The translations under genes and the position numbers were made by a program. Below, in pieces: positions 7,667-16,128 of a stretch of DNA of 64,000 bases (its first letter is position 1; each line of letters starts with the position of its first letter). Source of the DNA: Candidatus Nomurabacteria bacterium RIFCSPHIGHO2_12_FULL_42_19 (GTDB lineage Bacteria > Patescibacteriota > Minisyncoccia > Phycocordibacterales > UBA9973); NCBI GenBank assembly GCA_001786955.1, contig MFUM01000004.1, positions 4,457 through 68,456 of the forward strand, written 5' to 3'. The notes beneath the pieces are model-generated. The model was given only the letters and a program-made list of their open reading frames with translations, searched no databases and had not been told where the DNA came from.

Positions 7667-8392
7667 ATGCAAAAAACAGATATTAGGAAAGATTCAGATA
7701 CAATAATAGAAAAAATGTTCAAAGCCGGAGCGCATTACGGCTACAGCAAGACCAGAAGACACCCTTCTGTTTCTTCGTATATATACGCCACAAAAAATAA
7801 CGGAGACATCATAAATCTTGAAAAAACAGGTGTGATGCTGGATGAAGCCGTGAAATTTGTAAAAAACCTGGGAGCTCAGGGTAAAGTTGTCCTTTTCGTC
7901 GGCACAAAACCTGAAGCCAAAGAAACAATCAAAAATGTTGCGGAATCCCTGAATATGCCCTACGTCATGGAAAGATGGATAGGGGGCACCCTCTCTAATT
8001 TCATAGAGATAAAAAAAAGGATTGCCGAACTGGAAAATTACCATAAAGACAGCCTTGAGGGCGGACTGGATAAGTACACAAAAAAAGAACGAGTGATAAT
8101 GGCTAAAAAAATAGAAAAACTCACAAGATATTATTCCGGACTGATTGGCTTAAAAAAAACTCCGGATGCTTTATTTATTATAGACGGAAAAGCGGAGCAT
8201 ATTGCCCTAACTGAGGCAAAAAAAGGAAATGTGCCTATCGTTGCTTTGGTAAACTCTGATTCAAATATTAAAGGTATTGATTATCCGATTATTGCCAATG
8301 ATTCCGGAATTCCATCCATCAAATTTTTTGCCGCCGCTATTGCCGATGCTTATAGAGAAGGTCAAAATTCCGCGCCGGTTAAAACATTTTAA
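7667..8392 (+). CDS. rpsB: 30S ribosomal protein S2
   Basis: MFKAGAHYGYSKTRRHP and VLFVGTK motifs. The start at 7667 fits the promoter; the 7550 extension looks spurious. Confidence 0.9.
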   Translation: MQKTDIRKDSDTIIEKMFKAGAHYGYSKTRRHPSVSSYIYATKNNGDIINLEKTGVMLDEAVKFVKNLGAQGKVVLFVGTKPEAKETIKNVAESLNMPYVMERWIGGTLSNFIEIKKRIAELENYHKDSLEGGLDKYTKKERVIMAKKIEKLTRYYSGLIGLKKTPDALFIIDGKAEHIALTEAKKGNVPIVALVNSDSNIKGIDYPIIANDSGIPSIKFFAAAIADAYREGQNSAPVKTF

Positions 8393-8398
8393 ATCCAC

Positions 8399-9214
8399 AT
8401 GTCTATTCAAATCACCACAGAGCAAATAAAAGGGCTCCGCGATATGACTGGCATTTCGGTAATGCAATGTAAGCGCGCCTTGGAAGAAGCCGAAGGCGAT
8501 ATAAAAAAAGCGCTGGCTATCTTAAAAAAAACAAGCTCGGATATTGCGCTTAAAAAAGTTAATCGTGAAGTTAAAGACGGAAAAGTTTGCATTAAAACAG
8601 GAAACCTGCCTCCTGCCCGCGCAGGCGGGGCGCAGGCAGGTAAAAAAGCAGTCTTGGTGTCTTTGCGCTGTGAGACCGATTTTGTCGCCAGAAATGAAGA
8701 CTTCGCTAAGCTGCTGGAAAATCTTGCGGAAAAAGCGATAAAAGTCGGAGTAGAAGAAATGAAAAAGGAGGCCAAAGACATGATTGATGCTATAATCCAG
8801 AAAACCGGAGAAAATATCCAGCTTGGCGACACATATGAAGTAAATGGAGGTATTTTGGGAAATTACGTGCATAATAATAAGACTGGAGTTATCGTAAGCT
8901 TGACAGGGGGTGATGCGGAACTTGCAAAAGATATAGCCATGCACATAACTGCCATGAAGCCGGAATATATTTCGCAAGACGAAATAACAGAAGATGCCAG
9001 AAAAATAATGAAAGAAATTTTCGAAAAAGAAATAGCCAGTATGGACAAGCCTGCGGAAATAAAAGAGAAAATGCTTCTCGGAAAAATGGCGGCCTATTTC
9101 AAAGAAAAAACCCTGCTTGACCAGGCATTCATAAAAAACGGGGAAGAAACAGTGGGCCAGCTCCTGGAAAAAGCCAAGGCAAAAATAAAAGAAGTAAAAG
9201 CTTGCTTAATATAA
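8399..9214 (+). CDS. tsf: elongation factor Ts
   Basis: LRDMTGISVMQCKRALEEAEGDIKKA (UBA-like N-terminus), CETDFVARNEDF, HITAMKPEY. Confidence 0.9.
   Translation: MSIQITTEQIKGLRDMTGISVMQCKRALEEAEGDIKKALAILKKTSSDIALKKVNREVKDGKVCIKTGNLPPARAGGAQAGKKAVLVSLRCETDFVARNEDFAKLLENLAEKAIKVGVEEMKKEAKDMIDAIIQKTGENIQLGDTYEVNGGILGNYVHNNKTGVIVSLTGGDAELAKDIAMHITAMKPEYISQDEITEDARKIMKEIFEKEIASMDKPAEIKEKMLLGKMAAYFKEKTLLDQAFIKNGEETVGQLLEKAKAKIKEVKACLI
8605..8640. repeat. family B GC-rich palindromic insert (in frame in tsf)
   Basis: CCTGCCTCCTGCCCGCGCAGGCGGGGCGCAGGCAGG encodes LPPARAGGAQAG. It shares the GCGCAGGCAGG core with 35110-35131, 39984-40020 and 49558-49585. Confidence 0.7.
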
Positions 9215-9224
9215 GAATTAAAAT

Positions 9225-9626
9225 ATGTATTTTCTTTTAATTTTATTTTTTACATCGCTTCTCGGAATCATTTTTATGATCGGGAAAAAGTTGGTTTTAC
9301 TGAAAAACGGGCAGATATTGAGCAGAGAAGAAACTTTTTTAAAAGCCCCTTATTTGGAAGAATGGAAGCATTTGACCGTTAAAAACATAAAAAAGCACGG
9401 TTATACGGGGCTCGTAGCCACAATCAGACTCTATGTCCGATCTTCCAATCTTTTAAAAAATAAATATCAAGAAGTAAAAATTAGAATAAAAAATGTGCGC
9501 GAAAAGAGCCAAAACGGCGGCTTATCAGAAAAAAAGGAAGCCAGTAAGTTTTTAAAAATGATTTCGGAATACAAACATAAAATCAGAGAAATAAAGCATA
9601 AAATACACGAGGAAGAAAATTTGTAA
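9225..9626 (+). CDS. hypothetical membrane-anchored Lys-rich protein
   Basis: Single N-terminal TM helix and a charged tail. No family recognised. Confidence 0.4.
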   Translation: MYFLLILFFTSLLGIIFMIGKKLVLLKNGQILSREETFLKAPYLEEWKHLTVKNIKKHGYTGLVATIRLYVRSSNLLKNKYQEVKIRIKNVREKSQNGGLSEKKEASKFLKMISEYKHKIREIKHKIHEEENL

Positions 9627-9658
9627 ATGTGTTAGTATATTGAAGTTAAAATAATATT

Positions 9659-9731
9659 GCCGGCATAGCTCAGTTGGTAGAGCACTTCTTTTGTAAAGAA
9701 GATGTCCGGGGTTCGATCCCTCGTGCCGGCT
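9659..9731 (+). tRNA. tRNA-Thr (anticodon UGU)
   Basis: Manual cloverleaf: acceptor GCCGGCA/TGCCGGC, anticodon stem CTTCT/AGAAG, loop TTTGTAA, T-loop TTCGATC. Confidence 0.9.
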
Positions 9732-9741
9732 CAATAGATAA

Positions 9742-10431
9742 TTAAGGACTTGTTTTATTGTTCCCTGCGGATGTTGTTCCCTGAAGCTTGAAAGATTCCC
9801 TGACCCGGGATGAAAGCTCGTCTATGTCATGGAAACCGGTCAATACATCATCGTCAATCACCAGCGCCGGAAGCACAGTATCTTTTATCTTGTAAATTTG
9901 CAGCATGGATTTTACAGCTGAAAGGTCGGTACTATAATCAAAAGAATAAACGCGAAGCTCCGGATATTCCGTGCGCAGGCTTGAAAGCACTAGACTTTCC
10001 CGCTCACACAAGCCGCAATTTGCCGCTGTTGTATAAAAATAAAGAATAAATGCGGATTTTACCCCGCAGCGCGCGGAAATCTTTTTTGCCAGCAGATAAT
10101 CCTTAATCTGCAGCAATGAATAATATTTTTTCAAATAAGACACCTCATCCGTAGCGCCTAAATTTTTTTGGCTCCATTCCAGCTTATTGCCCAATTCGCC
10201 AAGCTCGTCAGAAAATACTGAATCGGAAATATTCTTGCAAGAAAGTTCGGAAAGCAGGGAAAATTGGGTTTCCGAGGAAAGAATATCTATGGCTATTTTA
10301 TCTTGAATCGCTTTCAGTTGATTGATTTTTTGACTGCCAAAATAATTGCTGAGATAGCTGGCACTGGCGAAAAGACCCACGGTAATCAAAAACACGATTA
10401 AATATTTTTTCCAGTCAATATTATTATCCAT
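9742..10431 (-). CDS. membrane-anchored thioredoxin-fold protein (CGLC motif)
   Basis: N-terminal TM and a C-terminal domain with a CxxC (CGLC) motif. Confidence 0.45.
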   Translation of the reverse strand: MDNNIDWKKYLIVFLITVGLFASASYLSNYFGSQKINQLKAIQDKIAIDILSSETQFSLLSELSCKNISDSVFSDELGELGNKLEWSQKNLGATDEVSYLKKYYSLLQIKDYLLAKKISARCGVKSAFILYFYTTAANCGLCERESLVLSSLRTEYPELRVYSFDYSTDLSAVKSMLQIYKIKDTVLPALVIDDDVLTGFHDIDELSSRVRESFKLQGTTSAGNNKTSP

Positions 10432-10435
10432 ATAT

Positions 10436-11686
10436 TTATCTCCAAGTCGGTTTTTTGGATAAAATGGTATTGTAAACTCCTTTTATAAGCCAAAATGGAG
10501 CGATAATGCTAAAAACGGGAAAGAAATAAAGCATATTAAGGGAAAAAAGAGTTTTCTCTTCGGTCATTTTCCGCCCAAAAATTATTGCAAAAATTACCAA
10601 AAAATATATGACGAACACAAGAAACATAAAAGACCGGGTATTTATAAAAAAGGTATCAAAATAAAGACTTTTGATGGAGAAATAGAATCCGATAGTATTC
10701 AAAACTATAATCTTTGAATATAAAAAATTTCCCAAGTTATATATAATCTGGCCGAAAAGGTAGCTGACCGAAAAAATGGAGATAATTCCCATAGGCAGGG
10801 TAAAAGTGGCGAAATTACCGTATTTTTTTCTGAATAAAACATCGCGGTAATCAATCGTGTTATTTATAAAACCATAAATCCAGCGCACTCTTTGGCGGTA
10901 AAGCTTTCCGATTGTCGGCGGCGTATTGGTATAAACATACGCATCATTGCAATGCTCTATTTTATAGCGATTTTTCTGCATGCGATAAGCAATTTCCATA
11001 TCTTCCGTGTTGTGGCCATGGCGATATGGTCCTAGTTCATCAAATACTCTTTTCCTGAAAATTGTCAGAGGTCCCGGAGTTACATTGATAGCTCCCAAAA
11101 AACCGAGCATCTTTTTAAGATAAACTCCCATATTGTACTCGGCTTTCTGCGCGTATTGGATAAAGTTTTTCGGATTATGCACAATCACTGAGGGGGCTAC
11201 AGCCATGATACTGGGATTTTTTTCAAAATAACCCATAATTCGGACAAGCGACTCCGGATCTGTCACGGAATCCGCATCAAGACAGCCAAAAAAATCAGTC
11301 TCTAGATTTTCCAGTCCCAGATTCAGCGCGGTATATTTTCCCCCATTTTTCTTGTAAAAAACTTTTATGTTGGGATATCCCGAAAATTTATTTATTACAT
11401 TCCAAGTGCCGTCGGTAGACCCGTCATCCACGAGAAAGATTTGAATCCTATCTTGGGGGTAATTCAAATCAAGCAGAGAGCGTACTGTTTTATAGACAGT
11501 TTTTTCTTCGTTCCAGCAAGGCACGGTAATCGTCACCTTTGGATAAAAGCTGAGCTTAATTTTTTCATTTCTTTTTCTGGTGACTATCTTTTTCCTGTTC
11601 TCAAAAAAAGTGACGAAAAAAAAGACCTGCACGTAAACAGAAAAAAAGACCAAGATATAAAATATAACATCCGAAATTGAAGTCAT
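10436..11686 (-). CDS. family 2 glycosyltransferase, processive type with C-terminal TM helices
   Basis: DDGSTDGT, CLDADS, TEDMEIAY and QRVRW (QxxRW) motifs. Confidence 0.85.
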   Translation of the reverse strand: MTSISDVIFYILVFFSVYVQVFFFVTFFENRKKIVTRKRNEKIKLSFYPKVTITVPCWNEEKTVYKTVRSLLDLNYPQDRIQIFLVDDGSTDGTWNVINKFSGYPNIKVFYKKNGGKYTALNLGLENLETDFFGCLDADSVTDPESLVRIMGYFEKNPSIMAVAPSVIVHNPKNFIQYAQKAEYNMGVYLKKMLGFLGAINVTPGPLTIFRKRVFDELGPYRHGHNTEDMEIAYRMQKNRYKIEHCNDAYVYTNTPPTIGKLYRQRVRWIYGFINNTIDYRDVLFRKKYGNFATFTLPMGIISIFSVSYLFGQIIYNLGNFLYSKIIVLNTIGFYFSIKSLYFDTFFINTRSFMFLVFVIYFLVIFAIIFGRKMTEEKTLFSLNMLYFFPVFSIIAPFWLIKGVYNTILSKKPTWR

Positions 11687-11726
11687 GCGCTTACTGCCAA
11701 TATAGCATTTTAGAAGTTAGATGTAA

Positions 11727-11796
11727 ACCCGTCACACTTACTTTTATGACACAACTAAATTAAATTATTACATATCGTTAAAGTAAGTGTGCGGGT
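11727..11796 (-). terminator. long hairpin (17-18 bp stem) downstream of the DUF378 gene
   Basis: ACCCGtCACACTTACTTT (11727-11744) pairs with AAAGTAAGTGTGCGGGT (11780-11796). Confidence 0.4.
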
Positions 11797-11813
11797 AAAT
11801 GAAAAAACAAAAA

Positions 11814-12107
11814 TTACATTTTCTTGTCCATACCCCCCGCTTCACAAGAAGCACAAGCTTCCATGCATTTCTTGCACCTGCAGCCAAAAATCTTCATAAC
11901 TGCGGCGAGACCCACAAGAACATAGACGACTCCTTCAGCAACCGGCCAAGAGCCGAGAAGTAGATTGACAACATTCCAATTGCTGCCATTGCCCATCAAC
12001 AATGCCACGCCTACCAAACCCCAATTCAAGCCTCCTATAATCAATAAGGGCTTCCTGACTTTCCTTACAACACACCCACTTTTACAACAACCTTTTCCAT
12101 TACACAT
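11814..12107 (-). CDS. DUF378-like membrane protein with Cys-rich N- and C-terminal tails
   Basis: Core LLIIGGLNWGLVGV...YVLVGLAAV resembles DUF378. Tails are MCNGKGCCKSGC and CRCKKCMEACASCE. Confidence 0.55.
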   Translation of the reverse strand: MCNGKGCCKSGCVVRKVRKPLLIIGGLNWGLVGVALLMGNGSNWNVVNLLLGSWPVAEGVVYVLVGLAAVMKIFGCRCKKCMEACASCEAGGMDKKM

Positions 12108-12121
12108 ATATTTTTCTTAAA

Positions 12122-12170
12122 TTAATCCCAACGCTCTCGGGTCGGGACTCCGACTTTACATCGGGGTTAA
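12122..12170 (-). repeat. family F hairpin element, intergenic copy (5' UTR side of the DUF378 gene)
   Basis: The minus strand reads TTAACCCCGATGTAAAGTCGGAGTCCCGACCCGAGAGCGTTGGGATTAA. The 17-mer AGTCGGAGTCCCGACCC is identical to gyrB 36541-36557. Confidence 0.6.
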
Positions 12171-12258
12171 TAAAAAAGACCTTTATGTTAATACAGTTAT
12201 TATATCATATTCTTAAAATATGCTACAATGGTATATTACAAGTTAAATAGCAGAAGAA

Positions 12259-12303
12259 GTCGCGCTTCAATGGACAATTGCGCGACACGATTCTGCAGAA
12301 TCG
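12259..12303 (+). promoter_or_regulatory. two-hairpin leader motif, copy L3, 4 nt before the dsbA-like ATG
   Basis: GTCGCGC (12259-12265) / GCGCGAC (12280-12286), then the palindrome GATTCTGCAGAATC (12289-12302). An upstream TGcTACAAT is a possible -10. Confidence 0.55.
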
Positions 12304-12307
12304 AAAT

Positions 12308-12991
12308 ATGCAAAACAATGACCAAAAACCGATAGCCGGGGCAATCCTTATCGTAGGGGTTCTCATCGCCGGAGCAATTCTGTTAAAAGACAGCAAGGCG
12401 CCAATAGTAAATGCACCAGCTGCAAACAATGAAAAAAATCCGACAACCGGAAGACCGGTCTCATCGGCTGACCATATAATAGGAAGCCTGAATGCAAGAT
12501 TAGTTATAGTAGAATATTCGGATCTTGAATGTCCGTTTTGCAAAGTATTTCACGACACAATGCATAAAGTGGTAGATAACAGCAACGGCAAGGTTGCTTG
12601 GGTGTTTAGGCATTACCCGATTCCCCAACTTCATTCAAAAGCTTTTCGCGAAGCCGAGGCCACGGAATGCGCTTGGGAGCAGGGCGAAAATGACGCTTTT
12701 TGGAAATATACAGACAGGTTGTTTGAGATTACTCCATCCAATAACGGCCTGGATGCGGCTTTACTGCCTGAGATTGCCGAATATGCCGGATTGAATGTCG
12801 CGTCTTTTAATGATTGTCTGGTTAGCGGAAAATTCACAAATAAAGTTCAAGCTGATATTGATGATGGAATCAAGGCAGGCGTAAATGGAACCCCGTCTTC
12901 TTTCATCCTGCAAAAGGGTTCCCGCGTTGATACTATCCCGGGTGCCCAGCCGTATGAATCGGTGATGCAAAGATTAAGCGAGATAAAATAA
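12308..12991 (+). CDS. DsbA-family thiol:disulfide oxidoreductase, membrane anchored
   Basis: The CPFC active site follows EYSDLE, and GVNGTPSF is DsbA-like. The ATG at 12308 is preferred because it follows the leader motif. Confidence 0.75.
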   Translation: MQNNDQKPIAGAILIVGVLIAGAILLKDSKAPIVNAPAANNEKNPTTGRPVSSADHIIGSLNARLVIVEYSDLECPFCKVFHDTMHKVVDNSNGKVAWVFRHYPIPQLHSKAFREAEATECAWEQGENDAFWKYTDRLFEITPSNNGLDAALLPEIAEYAGLNVASFNDCLVSGKFTNKVQADIDDGIKAGVNGTPSSFILQKGSRVDTIPGAQPYESVMQRLSEIK

Positions 12992-12997
12992 ATAAAA

Positions 12998-14206
12998 CTA
13001 GTCAAAATAATTTTTCAGACGGGAAATTTTGTCGTGTTGGCGAAGTTTTTCGTGAACCTTGGCTTCAATTTGGCGAATACGCTCGCGGGTAACACCGAAT
13101 TCTTCCCCTACTCTTTCCAGCGTATGCTGAATGCCGTCAAGCAGGCCATAGCGCATTTCAAGAATTTTCCGCTCTTTCGGGTTAAGTTCATCCAAAACTT
13201 CGCGAATCTGGTCGGAGAGAATCCGGCGGGAAGATTCCTGGTCGGGACGCAAGATTTTATCGTCCGGAATAAAGTTTTCCAGGGTTGACTTGTCGTCATC
13301 GTCCCCCACCGGCTGTTCCAGGGATACAGTCTCCTGGCTGATATTTTCAATAACATGGATTTTTTCAACCGGGATGCCCATCTCGGTCGCAATTTCTTCG
13401 GCTAGCGGTTCCCGGCCTAAATCCTGGCTGAGCCTCCGGTGTGTCTGCTTATATTTGGAAATTGTTTCCACCATATGCACCGGTATGCGAATAGTTCTGC
13501 TCTGATCAGCCAAGGCACGGGTAATGGATTGGCGAATCCACCAAGTAGCGTAAGTAGAAAATTTATATCCTTTGGTCCAATCAAATTTTTCCACCGCCTT
13601 GAACAAGCCCAAATTCCCCTCCTGAATCAGGTCAAGCAGAGTTAAATTCGCGCTCCGGCCGACGTATTTTTTTGCGATTGAAACCACCAGACGCAAATTA
13701 GCGCGGGCCAATAAATTCTTTGCTTCCATATCCCCGCGCTCGATGCGCTTGGCAAGATCCTTCTCGTCACCCGCACGAATGAGAGGATATTGCCCTATTT
13801 CTTTCAGATACATTTGAATTGAATCATGCAAGCTTGATTTATTTAAATCTTTATCATTAAGGTCAAGGTCGAGATTAAGCAAATTTCCGCCTTCCAACAC
13901 ATCAATCGAGGCTGCAGAAAATTTCTCATAAAGCTCGTCTAAAAACAAAATATTGTTTTCGATGTCCGGAAAAGTTTTTAATATCTCGTCATAAGTGATA
14001 AACCCGCGCTTTCTTCCTTTTTCTATAAGAATATTTGCCAAATGAGCTAGGTTTTCGGCTTTCTTTTCAGCATAAGATAATTTTTTGGTTTTCGGGGCTT
14101 TTTTAACTATTTTACGGGGCTTTTTTTTGATTTTTTTTACCTTTTTGCTTTTTCTCTTTTTCGCAACTTTCGCTTTTTTATTTAATTTTCTGTTTTTCTT
14201 TTTCAT
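12998..14206 (-). CDS. rpoD: RNA polymerase sigma factor RpoD (sigma-70) with a Lys-rich N-terminus
   Basis: Regions 2-4 present: [31 protein letters not shown]. Confidence 0.95.
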   Translation of the reverse strand: MKKKNRKLNKKAKVAKKRKSKKVKKIKKKPRKIVKKAPKTKKLSYAEKKAENLAHLANILIEKGRKRGFITYDEILKTFPDIENNILFLDELYEKFSAASIDVLEGGNLLNLDLDLNDKDLNKSSLHDSIQMYLKEIGQYPLIRAGDEKDLAKRIERGDMEAKNLLARANLRLVVSIAKKYVGRSANLTLLDLIQEGNLGLFKAVEKFDWTKGYKFSTYATWWIRQSITRALADQSRTIRIPVHMVETISKYKQTHRRLSQDLGREPLAEEIATEMGIPVEKIHVIENISQETVSLEQPVGDDDDKSTLENFIPDDKILRPDQESSRRILSDQIREVLDELNPKERKILEMRYGLLDGIQHTLERVGEEFGVTRERIRQIEAKVHEKLRQHDKISRLKNYFD

Positions 14207-14213
14207 TAATTTT

Positions 14214-15950
14214 TTATTTACGATTATTTTTAATATTCTCTTTTTTCTTATTCAATTCATTTATTTCCTTCAAAATCTTTTTACCTATTTCCTCATTAGA
14301 CGTTTGTCTTAATTCCAGCATTTTCTTGCTTAACTCTTCATTAATATTTTCTTCTTCAAGATTCAGAAACATCTCCGTTATGCTATTTTCTAATTTTTCG
14401 TTGTTCGTATAAAATACTTCTGCTTCGAATATAAGATCTTGTTTGACAACTTCATACTTTTTATAAACTTCTCCTAATTTTTCAAAAATTGCCTTAAAGT
14501 CTATAGCGGACGTTGGACGTCCGAGTTCCGGACGTCCAACGTCCGCTAAGCTTTGCTGCCAAAGAGCGATGCCCAAGAGTTTTCGCTCTATGTAATCTTT
14601 TCTGTACATCTTGGTTAAGCTCTCTCCCGCTTCCTTAATTTCTTCTTTTTCATATCTGAACTCTTGCTCAATTTTTTTTAAATCATCCTGTAATGCATTT
14701 TGAGATATGCCCGAAAGGTCGCTAATCTTTTTTATAAAATGCATTTTTTCTATCGAGCTTTCGAGCGCATTTACAAACGGTAATATTGTGCCTTTTATTT
14801 CCCTACCGGCCTTACGGGTGTCATTGCTATAATTTTTTAAAACTTTACTTAAAAGAAATTCTATAACGTGTTTAGAGTTTTTAATGGCTTCGCGCCAGGC
14901 ATCCGAACCCGTCTTCCCAATCAAATCCGCCGGATCGACACCATCAGGCATATCCACCACTTTTACATCCATCCCCAAAGAAAGAGCGATTTTGCCGGCA
15001 CGAATGGTCGCACTTGCCCCCGCCTTATCAGCATCAAAAGCAAGCACTAGATTCTCCGATAGGCGCCGCACCAGTCCTAAATTGCTTACAACATTTTCTT
15101 TTGAAACAGTAGAATCCGATAAAGCTGTGCCGGATGTCGCGATTGTGTTTTTATATCCCGCTTGATGCGATAATATCAAATCCATCTGACCTTCCACTAA
15201 AACAGAGAAGTTGTTCTTGCGGATGGAATCCTTAGCCTTATCAATTCCGTAAAGCACCGCATTTTTGCTGAAAATGGGCGTCTCGGGAGAGTTTAAATAT
15301 TTCGGTTCTCCTTCCCCTGTAATTCTTCCCGAAAACGCTATAACTCTTCCGCTTGAATCATTCATGGGAAACATAATTCTATTGCGAAAACGATCATAGT
15401 ATCCTTTCTCCGTTTTTTTAATTAGCCCGGCACGCTCTATTTCTAAATCACTAAAACCTGTCAACTTCAAGTGTTCATAAAGCGTCCGCCAGTCATCCTT
15501 CGCAAATCCAATACCAAAATCTTTGATTGTTTTTTCGCTCAGTCCTCGAGATTTTAAATATTCTATTTGTTTCGTTTCTAAGTTAGAAATAAAGAACTTC
15601 TCTGCTTTCTCCATCGCCCTGTATAATTTTTCTTTTTCGCTTTCCGCTTCTTTCATTTCTTTGCTGTAAGCCTTAAGAGGCACTCCGGCCCTATCTGCAA
15701 GAAGTTTTAATGCGCCTTTAAAATCAAGCCCTTCAAATTCCTCGACAAAGGTAAAAATATCACCCGACGCCCCGCAGCCAAAACAGTAATAAGTGCCGCG
15801 GTCGGGAGAAATGAAAAACGAAGGGGTTTTTTCATTGTGGAACGGGCATTTCGCCTTCAGGTTTACGCCTGTCTTCTCGAGCTTTATATAGGAAGAGACT
15901 ACTTCTTCAATCGATAGCCTCTCCTTAATTTTTTGTACGGGGGAATTCAT
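14214..15950 (-). CDS. dnaG: DNA primase
   Basis: Zinc finger [11 protein letters not shown]...CFGCG and a TOPRIM domain ([16 protein letters not shown]). Confidence 0.95.
   Translation of the reverse strand: MNSPVQKIKERLSIEEVVSSYIKLEKTGVNLKAKCPFHNEKTPSFFISPDRGTYYCFGCGASGDIFTFVEEFEGLDFKGALKLLADRAGVPLKAYSKEMKEAESEKEKLYRAMEKAEKFFISNLETKQIEYLKSRGLSEKTIKDFGIGFAKDDWRTLYEHLKLTGFSDLEIERAGLIKKTEKGYYDRFRNRIMFPMNDSSGRVIAFSGRITGEGEPKYLNSPETPIFSKNAVLYGIDKAKDSIRKNNFSVLVEGQMDLILSHQAGYKNTIATSGTALSDSTVSKENVVSNLGLVRRLSENLVLAFDADKAGASATIRAGKIALSLGMDVKVVDMPDGVDPADLIGKTGSDAWREAIKNSKHVIEFLLSKVLKNYSNDTRKAGREIKGTILPFVNALESSIEKMHFIKKISDLSGISQNALQDDLKKIEQEFRYEKEEIKEAGESLTKMYRKDYIERKLLGIALWQQSLADVGRPELGRPTSAIDFKAIFEKLGEVYKKYEVVKQDLIFEAEVFYTNNEKLENSITEMFLNLEEENINEELSKKMLELRQTSNEEIGKKILKEINELNKKKENIKNNRK
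14506..14546. repeat. family D perfect 18-bp inverted repeat, in frame in dnaG
   Basis: GCGGACGTTGGACGTCCG-agttc-CGGACGTCCAACGTCCGC encodes [14 protein letters not shown]. Confidence 0.7.
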
Positions 15951-16044
15951 GAATCTTTATCTTTGGTTGTTTTTAAAATTTTCATAAATAAGCTTATAAA
16001 TTATAGATAATCTGGGTTTGATATACATGTTTCTAATAACTGCC

Positions 16045-16072
16045 TTGACACATATTTCATATTTGCTATACT
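16045..16072 (+). promoter_or_regulatory. near-consensus promoter TTGACA-16-TGcTATACT facing the 3' end of the MazF-like gene
   Basis: -35 at 16045-16050, extended -10 at 16064-16072. A terminator lies about 30 nt downstream. Confidence 0.45.
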
Positions 16073-16100
16073 TCGGTAGTAAATGGCTTCGGCCTCCGAG

Positions 16101-16128
16101 AAACCCCCGCAAGGGGGTTTCGTCTTTT
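16101..16128. terminator. bidirectional intrinsic terminator
   Basis: aaaCCCCCgcaaGGGGGtttcgtctttt. Confidence 0.65.

Noticed and set aside
8407-8977. Antisense or out-of-frame ORFs within tsf, and similar ORFs inside rpoB, rpoC, gyrB, smc, rnr and the pil genes
   Set aside because: They are shadow ORFs of well-supported genes on the opposite strand or in another frame.
9552-9734. 60-aa ORF on the minus strand
   Set aside because: It overlaps tRNA-Thr and is a translation of the tRNA antisense sequence.
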